This document shows positions 47,300 to 58,673 of a stretch of DNA of 64,000 nt, piece by piece. The stretch's first letter is position 1. The number at the start of each line of letters is the position of its first letter. The translations under genes and the position numbers were made by a program. Origin of the DNA: Anthoceros angustus (Eukaryota > Plantae > Anthocerotophyta); assembly GCA_010909165.1 (NCBI GenBank), contig MU008168.1:558001-622000 (forward strand), written 5' to 3'. The notes under the pieces were generated by a model. It was not told the DNA's origin, made no database searches, and saw only the letters and a program-made list of their open reading frames with translations.

Positions 47300-48620
47300 C
47301 GCCCATTACAACAGACGAACCGACGCTCCCACTAGACAATGCGGTTCCCAAAGGTGAGAAGAGGGAAAAGAGAAAAGAAGGGACAAGTATGGCGCCTATC
47401 CTTTATGACAAACATGTACAATCGAAGAATCATAGGTTGGGTAGCCCACATATAGGCAAAAACCACCGGGACTCTCGATGAAGCACCACCTGACGATGGT
47501 AGGCACTACTGATCTATTTAGAGTCCTACTTCCTTGGCCTTTGAACAAATGATATTTATGCGCTTAACAACCTACTAGCCCTTTTCCTTGGTTTATGATT
47601 TTCGTATTTTCTATATAGGTGGTGACCTATATATGTGTCGAGTAATCGTGCCTTACAAACATCGCGATGCACATAGGTTGATTGTGCCATGACAAAGATC
47701 TAGGTAGACATGTTCACATACATGACGTGGTCCAAAGGCCAAGGACGTTTCTTCCTATATATAGGCGTAGGGCGGATAGGCAAGTAGCGTGTAGTTGGTA
47801 GTCCATGGTTGGGTAGCCCACATATATAGGCAAAAACCGGAACTGCTGATGGAGTGCCACCTCACCGATGGTAGGCGTTAGGTATATTTGTAATCCCACT
47901 TGTCCTTGGCCTTGAACAATTGATATTCATGCAATCAAGAACGACTCCTTTTCCTTGGGTTATGGTGTTTACGTAGTTTGAATATAGATGCGACCTATAT
48001 ATGTGTCATAGTACCGAACATGCATCACGATGCACATAGATGGAAAAGGTGCCCATGATGAGCATCTAGGTATACATGTTCACATACTTCACATGTCAAC
48101 CATCCATCCACATGCATGCATACCATGTGCTTTCCATGTGCACATTTTCCTTGGGTTTTGATTTTTAGGTCTTTGTATATAGATTCGCGATGTATGTGTC
48201 GAGTACGCGTCAACATATATCACGATGCACATGCACATGGTATGTATGCATGATGCCCGTTGATGTGATGCATGTGACCATGTCTACGTAGATGCCGTGT
48301 CGGGCACCTTTTCCTTGGGTTTTGATTTTTATGTCTTCTATATCCGCACGTGACCTTTATATGTGTCATGGTACCCTTCCCGACATGCATGACGGTGCAC
48401 ATACATGGATTGTGCCATGGCACAAAGATCTAGGTACAAATGTTCGGATGCATCACATGTCAACCAGCCATCATGCATACATACCATGTGGATGCCATCC
48501 ATAGGCAATGCACATGTGACATTGGTCCAAATGCGAAGGACTTTTCTTCCTATTTATAGGCATGCAAGGCGGGGAAAGGCTACCGTAGATGCCATGGATA
48601 GATGGCGAACACATCGGAAA
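47300..48620. repeat. AT-richer modular repeat block, inverted partner of 39900-41200
   Basis: TTTTCCTTGGGTTATGGTGTTT, GACCTATATATGTGTCATAGTACCG and CCTTGGGTTTTGATTTTTAGG units. Confidence 0.85.
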
Positions 48621-51563
48621 AAGACGGAAGTGGTAGGTTGACTAGCGGTCAACGATCGTCCGGACTCAAGCAAGTTACGCTTAGAAGGTTGGAACCGGTA
48701 AATGAATCGAAAGCAGTGGCAACATGCGAGCGCAATGCGTGCGGTGTTGAAATCGAATAGCCGCAGCAGCCGGCAGCTTGGCGCGCGCCAAACAGTGCTG
48801 GTGGCAAGAAGTGATGCATTGGGGTGCCAAATGCCACCGAAAGTACAGACAAGCGAGTTTTTCGAAGTAAGTTGGGGCACACTCAAGAACTCCAAGTGCC
48901 ACTTTTCAAAGTGGAAGCTCACGAGCATAGGCGTTTTTGGGCGGGCGGGCGCGAGGTGGAAGACATGGAGCTCGACACACCCATGTCGCCCGGGACGGAG
49001 GAGGAGGCGACCGGAAGGCATGGCGGCCGGGGCATGAGCGCACTGACCGCCGTGTGACGATGAGAAATGGCCGGCGGGCGGGCGGGCGCTCGCCTCCGGC
49101 GGCGGCCGCAGCGCGAGGCGGTGGCGGCGGAGGGCCGCGGCCACACCGAGGCCGCGGCAGTAATGCTTGAAGAGGCGCCCACGGACGAGCATGCAGGCGG
49201 AGGGCTCCCGGTCGGTAGGGCATCCCGATGCCGCCGCTTGGTGGAGCCCTCCGCAGTATACCTGGGGCCCAACAAGCGCGTGCAATGAGGTGTCGCTTGC
49301 GCCCCAAAGGGTCTGTGCAGCGGATGGGCCGCCGGTTGCGCCCGCCCAAACCGGAGGGTGCGAGGGTGATTGCATGCACCGCAAGTCCCGGATCGCAGAT
49401 GAGGGTCTGGCGACACCGAGGGTCGCAGCGCAGCCGGACGCATGCGCAGGGCCGCAGCGGAGGATGACGGCGGCGGCAGCCGACGCCGCCCGTAGGGAAG
49501 GGGTGGATGACCGCACCAATGGCGCAGTGAGGGTGGTGGCCGCATGCGCCGCCAATGGCCGCAGCAGTGGGGATGGCCCGGCCGCATGCGCCGCCGAGGG
49601 CCGCAGCGCCTTCAGCCGCCGCAGCCGACATTCGCCCACCAACGGCCGCAAGGCGGCCAAGGATCGCAACCCATGTGGTTGCCAAGGCGGAGGTTGCAAA
49701 CATGAGGCGCATGCCGTGACGGAGGACCGGCATCCTTGCGCCTTCGTGGACGTGGGGGCGAGGCGGAGGAGGTGGGGGCGGAGGGGGAGGATGGTGGGGC
49801 AAGCGGCTCCGGGCCGGAAGGAGCCGCGGGGCGCCCGAGAGTGGAGGAGAACGAAACCGAGGAGGGAGAGGAGGCGCCGGACGACGGCGGAGACGTGGAC
49901 CGGGTTGCGAACAGGGGCGCCGTGGACAACAATCGGAAGACTGATGGTAAGTGACACGAATCCGTGGATCGCAATGTGTTTGACAATGCCGGTGGGTTCG
50001 CTTGTCATTGTCATGCCTCGTAATGCCGGTTGCAAGTGGTGAACTTTGCCATGCCGTACTCATATGTCCGCGAGTTGGGTTTGCGGTGTGGACGGAGTGG
50101 ACGAGACCAGCCCTACAGGTCATCTACGACAAAACGGAACTTCTCGCATCCGCTATACACGGGACGTGAGCCGCCAAGATCGAATCGAGACCGGGCGCGC
50201 GGCGAGCGAGGAGGCAGAAGGCGAGAAGAGGCCGAGCTCATCGTTGAGCTCGGCGGCCAGCGTGGCACCGGAAGAGGAAGAGGTGCGGCCGAGCAGGGCG
50301 CGGACCTAGCGTGGGGCGGGCGGTGGGCGAGCCAAGATGCAAGGCGAGAGTGCGGGAGGCGAACCCGGTGTGAATGGGGCCACCGGGGAGGGGCCACCGC
50401 CCAAGGCCGCAACAGGTGGGGCATCCACCCAATGGAGCTCCGAGTATGGTAGCAGCAAGTCCAATGCGATTGCAATCGACGCCATGACGGGCGCCATCGC
50501 CTCCTTCTTGAAGTGGTGGAGAAGGTGCGCAACGAGGGTCCACCGCACCGACATGGAGGGAGTGATGGACAGACTCGGACGGCCGACAACGCAGGAATGA
50601 TCGGCCGCTGCTCATGGAATACATGAACGCAAAGAATGGCCGCATCCTCCATGCCATCGGGCCAATGTGCAAGTGCGGGTGGTGGATGACCACCCTCCCC
50701 AAGAATCGCCCCACGCCCAGCCCGGGTCCCCCTTCCCATTGGTGCCGGGATGAACCGCCTCCCCAACCTCACAGGTGGACGGCCGGGTGCACTGCCTGCC
50801 ATGGCACACCTCCCATGTCCGTGAGGGATATTCCCCTCCAAGAAAAGCGAACGGAAGTCCAGGAGGAGCCAAGTTCGGAGCACAAGAGGATGGAGGGCCT
50901 CGCCCGAGGCTCTTCAATCGTGGGCGAGGGAGGAGGGAGCGCTCCCACCATGAGGTGTGAGCGCAGACTATGTTCGGATGTTTTTGGTTGAACGGCAGAT
51001 GCTCAGTGTGTCTGTAGGACCGAAGTGGATTTGTAGGACGCAGTGACATTGCCTGCTTTGATGAGGTTGAGGAGGGATAGTGTGAAGCATGTTCAGACCG
51101 TAATGCCCGCATTGCAATCCTTTCGCGTCGGGGTTTGAAAGGTGAAGTTACGATCATCTTCGTCTCAAGTCGCCCCATACATCCAATCGCAAGCACAACA
51201 AGCATGTTAGTAGGCAAGCACAAACGTAGGGATCGCTCCCACATCCCGCCCTTCCCGTATATAGTGAAAGCGCATGTAAGCGGAGGATTGCGTGGCCGAA
51301 CGCTGGCCATACACAACAAAAGTTCACGTGTGTATGTGTTGCCGCCATGTTTGTGTGTAGACCCGATGAAAACCCTAACACCGCCATCAAAAACATCTCA
51401 GACACCATCTAACACCGTGCCGGAACGTGATAGAATGTTTTTTCCCCGTAAGAACCCCGTGAAGTGTGGCACGATTATACGTGTATTATACGTGAGTATC
51501 GAAAAGATTCCGTGGCATATCCTCGTAGCGTACACCGAAAAGAAAGAAAGTCACACACAGACT

Positions 51564-51590
51564 CCCGTGTGACGAGATCGGTATTCCATA
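51564..51590 (-). repeat. Right terminal inverted repeat (27 bp)
   Basis: CCCGTGTGACGAGATCGGTATTCCATA, followed by TSD TTGGAC. Confidence 0.97.
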
Positions 51591-51899
51591 TTGGACTCCC
51601 AGTGAGCGTGAGTCGTGACTCGACAGTCTGATGGTCCGACAAGCCTTATTTCAAAAATTAGGCTAAAACAAACCTGGGCTTGTCGTTGTTACAGGCAGCT
51701 CCCAGTGTGGAGGCTTCATGGCCTCAGCAACGGTAATAAGGAGTGTAATTTATATGGAGACTGGATTACGGACGACACGTGGTATACGAGCAGCAGCACT
51801 TTGGTGCTGCTGCCCCCATACCTCATATACCCTGCCTGCCAGCTCTCCTTCTGCTGCAGCTTCCTCCTCCAGCTTCTTACATATATGATTGCCAGCCTT

Positions 51900-52032
51900 G
51901 CACGGGACTGCCTCTGTGCGGGATTGCTTCTGTGCGGGATTGCCCTCTGTGCGGGATTGCCTCTGTGCGGGACTGCTTCTGTGCGGGATTGCCTCTGTGC
52001 GGGATTGCTTCTTTGCGGGATTGCGTTTGTGC
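51900..52032. repeat. 16-bp tandem repeat (TGTGCGGGATTGCCTC), about 8 copies, upstream of RBL10
   Basis: Read directly from the sequence. Confidence 0.92.
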
Positions 52033-52114
52033 AGAATTTCCTGAGAAGTGCGCAAGTCACATCCACACGGGTCTCGAACTCTTCTCTTGTCGAGGGTCTC
52101 TGGAACACAGTGAA

Positions 52115-54116
52115 ATGAACTTTGGGTGGCTGCAGCAAGGAGGTGCAATTGATGCAGGGCACGGGGGGTCGGCCATCTTTGCAAGGGCGAAGGGTTTTAG
52201 GCCATGGAATTCTTCTCCCCGCCGCGTCAATGGCTTCAGTGCGTGGGCTGGATTCCCGGATTTCCCCGTCAATGTGATTGCGCTCCCCGGCTGCGGATTT
52301 GTAGCGTTGGCTGCGGGAGCCCACATGCAGCTGCAGCACATTTTGAGCAACACTCTAAGGGAATTCACGGTATGTGGGTTGAGTTCGTGCACCTAGGACC
52401 CTGTAGAAAGGGTTCCTGTTCTCACGGTTCCTACAGCTGCTGCAGTCCTAGTAACCTAGTTGGGTGTTCACGTCCTCAGGACTCGGAGGGAAAATGCCGG
52501 CTACGTCGCCTCACTTCTAAGCAGCATTTGAAGTGCGCATTGGATTCATTTGGATGGAAGCATGGACTTGGAACTGCGAGGGACTGGGCGTTGCTGTCCA
52601 GCCCCTGGTTCTCTCTGCTTCACATGGGGGAGAAGAAGCAGATGAATCTCAATTTATTTCCCGTCATGGCCTCCATGGGTGAAGGTACATCAGTTGGAGC
52701 TTACGACTCTCCAACTCCTTCTCCAAAGTCATCTGAGGACCGGTCTACTGGCCGTGTATTGACGAATTGCATTCTTGGGTTGAACATCCTGTAAGTTGTG
52801 GTCCTTCTAGAGATTTTTCGATCTAATGTGGCCCTCGTTTTAAAGGAGTGGATACTACGGCTATAGGGATGATCATTTGGCCTGACATGCTTGTGGAAGG
52901 TGGGGCATGTTGCAGGATGTACTTTGCACAGATGGCGTCTGCTGGGGAACTTCTATTGTGGGGAGCTAAGGTATCAAAATGCACGAGCTTCCAGGAGTAG
53001 TAACCACATTGTGTGGTGTTGCTTAATCTGCCTCTGTACTTTCAACGTTGTTCTGAAGTGCCTGATGTAATAGGTCAATGGACTGATTGATCAAGGTCAA
53101 CTTTGGAGGCTTGTCACTCCAGCGTTGCTTCATGCAAATGTTGCGCACCTTATGGTCAGTTTGCTTCTCGACCTCGTGTTGTTAAGTAGTCTGTTCTTTG
53201 CTCGTCAATGGTAGGCATATTTATGTGTGAAATGCGGGCAACCTAATGAGTAGTGGGTGGTTCTGGTTTGCAGGTGAACTTGTATTCTCTGAATTCAATT
53301 GGCCCAGCGGTGGAAAACTTGGGCGGACCTAAAAGATTCACGGCTGTATACATAGCTTCTGCAATTGCAAGTAAGCTTTCCCAGGTTGGCTCCGGTTCGT
53401 TTGGTGTGAACGATCTGACAGCCGGATTAATTTCTTTCTGGACTGGCAGGTAGTACTTGCAGTTATTTTATGTGCAAGACTCCTTCTGTTGGAGCATCTG
53501 GAGCGATTTTTGGACTGGTAAGCGTTGTTGCAAATTCCCCTTCTTTTTCTAAATTGGGAAGATTCATACAAGTACCTGGCGATAGTAATGTGGTTTGTCT
53601 CCTCTTTGCATTTTCACCTCAGGTGGGTGCTTTGGCGGTGTTTTTAGCAAGGCATATGAACATCTTAATTGGAGGGAAGCGGAGCCTACAGGAAGTTGCT
53701 CGTGTCATTGTTGTCAATATGGTATGTATGTCAGCTGATAGCAATGCCAACGCTACTGCCTCTTGTATTACTGGTTACGAGTAAGAACCCGCATTGATTT
53801 TCTGATTGCCATGGTGGCTGTTTCAGGCCTTTGGTTTGGGGAATGATAGTATCGACAATTGGGGCCATGTAATGCTTCACCCCTGACTTCTTCGCAAGTG
53901 CAAAGTTCAGCGTTGCTTTTTCTTTCTATTCTGGCTTAGTATTTCTCACATCGTGGATGGGTGCAGGTTGGGGGATTGATTGGTGGGGCTGCTATCGCAT
54001 TGTTGATAGGCCCTGTTTATGCTTTAGAGACTCCTCCGAACGGGGGAAAGAGGCTCCTGGTGGACAGGTCTCCCATTCTTCGCTTGCTGCCAGCACGAAG
54101 GCGCGTTAAGGATTGA
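52115..54116 (+). CDS. RBL10: Rhomboid-like intramembrane serine protease, plastid RBL10 type, multi-exon
   Basis: Exons [82 protein letters not shown] (GxSG), IDNWGH|VGGLIGG (catalytic His) and ...RRVKD*. The start codon is inferred. Confidence 0.92.
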
Positions 54117-54728
54117 TGCCCAGGAATGAAGTTCTTCACGCAGAATTGAATGTTATGAAAATTATATTCATTATTTGATTCTTACTCAACTCATTCTTTT
54201 CCGACCTTCAGAAGGTTGGTTGACGTGCGAGAAGTGGGACTGCATGCCTAGGGAGATGTTGGAATCAACTGCCTGGCCTGGCAACGGGTTCAACTTGTAC
54301 AGCTAAGATTCTCGGATCCTTTATCTTGGAGCAGAGACTTGGACGATAGAAGATTCGAGACTTGTGATCCTTCGAGGAGGTCCATGGACGTCAACTCTCT
54401 TCAACCTTGTACACGAAGAACTTCAGTGCTTCGACCGTCAAGCACACCTTGCAGACGATTCACGCCAATTATTGTAAACATCTCACATATATCCCATGGG
54501 AGACCAAATTCCAAGACGACATTTGAAAGTTTGCAATTCATAAATAACCTTCAATGCTGGTACCACACGTCTTTCATCTTCGCAACCTTGTCCGAGCAAG
54601 TGACTGAAGGATCAAGCAAGAACAATACTAGAGTTACGTATTCGTGTCAAAGTGGAAGACGTCTCCGCGTAGTTGGAACTCTTGCTTAGTAGTCAGACCC
54701 TCTTAGATTAGTTGTTTGTGAAGATATA

Positions 54729-57314
54729 TTAAGCACTAGAATTCAAAGAATAGAAGGAGCCCGCCGTGCTACGCATGGACTTCCAACCTTGTTCTCCATC
54801 TGGCCTTGGAAGGCAAGGTTCACTGCCTTTGGGAGAGGGCTCCAAGCTACTTCTCAAATCGTCGCGATGTGAGATATCTCGGTTTTTGTCAGTGACTTGA
54901 TTGGTTTCCACCGTTTCTTTAGACCGATTCCTATGCTCGGTCTGAGACACTTCGGAATGGTCCGACGGTATCTCAAGCAAACGGGAACACTGAACTGTAC
55001 CGCAAGCATAATGGGCCGAGAAGGAATCTTCCTCGAGCTCGCTGCACTTGAAAGTATTGAGCTCTCCAATATTCAGACCATCTGAGGCCTCCAAGTCCGC
55101 TACATTCTCATTTTCAGAGCCCTCAAGCGTAAGAAGTGGGTTAGTTGGATAGGCGCATGAAAGGAAAGGGTTAGTCTGATAGGAACATGGGAGGAACGGG
55201 TTAGTCTGGACCTGGAAAGGCGCTCCTGAGGGAGCACTTTCCTTCTGCCCGTCTGCATCTCCTGGCACACCAGGTGCAGCGGGAGAAGGGGCTCCGTTAG
55301 CAGCAAGAGCAGGGGCTTCTGATGTTGCAAAACTGGAATCTGGCGAATCAGCTGAAGGAAGACTGTCATCAGAGCTGAAGACATCGTAATCCACTAAGTT
55401 CAAAACTATGGCATTCTCTTCCGAGTCTGTGTTAAAATCACTCACATCCTCTTCAGGCACATCAATATCAGAGGGAGATTTGGCTTCAAAACCAGACCCA
55501 GTAGTTGTAGGAGACGCCAAAGCAGCACCTACTGAACCAACCGGATCATTCTCCACTGCAGTGACAGGAGGAGCAGCTACTATGTCAACAGGATCAGGCT
55601 GACCGTTTCCTTGACAAGTTTTCGACAAGACATCATCTCCCGGGTCTGTTGGGAAATTCCCTTGCTCCAGCCAGATCCTGTTGACAGCACAGTTCTTTGA
55701 GGGTGTGCGCAGTTCTCCCAAACTTGGCTCCCAACCAAGAACAGAAGTTAGATACTCCCGGGGAGACACCTGTTTCTTAGGGGAAGCTGCTCTGTCACAG
55801 TGACGAGACCACATATTCCTATTTCCTCTCTCTGCCAAACGAGAAATCCTGCCCAACGCCCTCACACGTTGAGATGACACCCCAGCCAACGGAGGCAAGC
55901 TTGTGTTAGATGTAAAGGACGACGAGGAGGCAGAACCCAGCTCAGACGAGTCAACGTATTTCAAAACCATGGAGTTAGCATGATCTGCTGCTTCAAGAGG
56001 AGGTGCGGACATTTCTCGTACCTCCACATTCTCTTTCCCTTTCCGCCAGACCTCAAACCGTCGGGGCTCCACTTCACCAGACTTCGGTGGTTGCTGCAAT
56101 CTGGGGCCGGCCGGTGCCTCTGCTTGATCCCTTGCCGCCTGATCCCTTGGTTTGGAGCTCTGCCGCTGCAACCACTTGTGCAAGCTCAAGCTCTTGAACT
56201 TCGGGGACTCAGACTGTGAGTCCACGCTCCCACTGCTACTCATCCTGGAAGGTGACCGCCTTGCAGACTTGGAAGAGAAAAGTCTTCCAAGCTTAGACGC
56301 AAGCTTGGCGGAGAACGCCCGAAACGCGGAAGTCGATTTCTTCTTCTGCTCCCGAGAAAAGAAAACCGGCAGGGTAGTCCCCGGTTTGATAAACCGGACA
56401 GACTGCGACAATCGACCCGGTAGCTGATCTTCAATATGAGCAGATTTCTCAAATTCCTGCAGGGCAATTTCCGCCGCCTCCTCCTCCTGGATCTCTGGAG
56501 ACACAGGGAGCCGCCTCCCGTTCAACGATCCGGCAGGAGGAACTGGAACTTCCGATTCCGTTTTGCAGTCTCCCGCGGAAGTGTTGCTGTCCACCGCAGC
56601 ATCGAAGCTCCGCAGTGCCACGGCCTCATCCACCCACGCCTTGGTCCTGGACAGCTTGTCTGGTCCGCTGTTGTCACCGATTTTCACAGGATCGATAGTG
56701 TCTATGTTGGCCTTTATGGTGCGACAGGAGTATCCAGCTTTCCTCCTGTTCCCTCCACCGAGAACCTGATTCTCCGATGGATTACCAAGGTCACTCCTTC
56801 CTAACGACTCCTCGCAAATTCGGTGCTCCCCTGTTATTCCCGGATGCAATTCTCCCCACTTCTGCAGATCGGAATCGCACACTTCTCAAGGCTCGACACG
56901 AGGATTCAGGAAACAACGACAAACAAACCAAAACAAGGAAACAAATTGCGAGCTTCAGAATTGACGATGCGGTGAGACTTCAGTCACCTCGAAAGCTCCG
57001 GAAGCACCGCGAGAATTCGGCGCCAGGCCCGCCCCTGCCCTAGCAGAAACAGCGGCCCGAGGCTCTCTTGCAGAGGCAGATCGCCAGTCATGTCTGGTGA
57101 TGTTGGCAGCATCTGCCGTATTACTGACATGGATGTTGAAGGCTTTGGATTCGGTGAGAACAGATTCGCCCCGTGCTGCAGAGTTGAGAGCTGCCTTCGC
57201 CCTGGCCGTCTCCTTCTCCTTCAGAGCTTCAGCGGCCTGAACCATCATCTCCTTAACCTCATCGTATGACAGCCTAGGCTCCGGCGCGAACCAAGAGCCC
57301 CGGGAAGACGACAT
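54729..57314 (-). CDS. Unknown, largely disordered Ser/Pro/acidic protein (two-exon model) with NPF repeats
   Basis: The 56955-57314 ORF joins the 717-aa ORF through phase-0 GAG|GTGACT (about 56986) ... CTGCAG|AAGTGG (about 56862). No domain recognised. Confidence 0.65.
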
Positions 57315-58158
57315 GTCTGTCCCCCAACTCGGAACGGCAACCGAAGAAGCCTGCCCAGCATGGGACGGTGTAGCGCAGTCCCTTCCGGATTTCCGACACC
57401 TACCAACCTCGCATGCGAGACTACCGCCAACTAGACGTTCAACGTCCAGACGGCATGGATTTCGAGCTGCTTCGAATCCGCCACGAGGCGGGAGGCGGCA
57501 GAGAATCCCGGGCCACTCCCAGTAGCCTGTGCCAGGACGGAGGAGGAGGACGGAGGAGCTAAATCAGGACTGGCACTGTACACATGCCACGCCGGTGGCA
57601 GCGGACGACGCGGCGGCGAGCCCGTCCAAGCGGACGGTCGCCCGTACACAACCGCGTACGGAGCGAAGCGGTGCCGTACGGCAAGTCAGGCGGCCATGCC
57701 CAGGCCACGCCGCTCGCCGAGCCAGCCGGTCCCCAGAGTCCGCCATTTGGAGGCGCCGGCAGCCTCTACTTTCACGGGACGACTCATTCAAAAACGCAAA
57801 GTTCGTGGTTAGGTGAGCACGCAACACATAATGTGCTGCCGTATTCGGATTCGCCTAACAACCTCTGGGGTCTGAGCTAAGCAACAGCGCAGATCGCAGC
57901 AGGCTCGCCTTGCCTTTGCAGCCAAGCCAGCCTCCTCCACCCTTGGCTGCTTTGTTTCACTCGGTTAGGGCAACCCGCCTTCCACACGGCAACGTGGCGT
58001 CGTTGTTCGCAATGACGCGAGGCCGTGGCTTTGTCTCTCTTGTTGTCGTCCGCCCGCGTCCTGTCATGGAATATGATCGAAATGCGCATCGTAATCTGCT
58101 TGCTCCCTGATCGTCGCTCACGAGCCACCCGAGGCTGGCGTCGCTTACTTCTGTTGAG

Positions 58159-58499
58159 ACAGTCAGGCGGTCAGGAGGCACAATCTGTTGGTTCTCCTGG
58201 TATTCGACAGAGATAAAAGCGACAAGTGGTTTTTGTCGAATAAGAGAAGTTGTTTGTCAGGCTGCGGAGCCCTTGTGGAAGACTCTGAACTTCATGTTCC
58301 CAAGCGGTCCATTTTGCGAGACGATGATGTAACAGTCAGGCGGTTAGCAGGCACAATCTGTTGGTTATCCTGGTATTCGACAGGGATAAGCAGAGAAGTG
58401 GTTTTTGTCGAATAAGAGAAGTTGTTTGTCAGGCTGCGGAGCCCTTGTGGAAGACTATGAACTTCATGTTCCCGAGGGGTCCGTTTTGCGAAACGATGA
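58159..58499. repeat. 173-bp direct tandem duplication
   Basis: ACAGTCAGGCGG...GACGATGAT at 58159 and again at 58332. Confidence 0.9.
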
Positions 58500-58673
58500 T
58501 ACAACAAAGTCGTTGTTGCTCGGTACACTTAGCGACCAGATCGTAGTCGGTTGCTGCGCTGCTGCTGCTCCTGGATTTGTCGAGGAGACATCATTTGTAT
58601 GACGATGATAAGGAAAACCGTTATAATCTCTTTTAACATGACACAAACAAAAGCATAGCATGGACAGACAGCT

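Larger units (their letters stand above)
29872..51590. mobile_element. Giant (21,719 bp) TIR DNA transposon, IS3EU-like
   Basis: Perfect 27-bp TIRs at 29872-29898 and 51564-51590, flanked by direct repeats TTGGAC at 29866-29871 and 51591-51596; internal integrase-like DDE transposase. Confidence 0.9.

Noticed and set aside
29872-51590. Polinton/Maverick identity (size about 20 kb and 6-bp TSD fit)
   Set aside because: TIRs are only 27 bp and start TATGG rather than AG; I saw no protein-primed PolB, packaging ATPase, protease or capsid motifs. Not fully excluded given the frameshifts.
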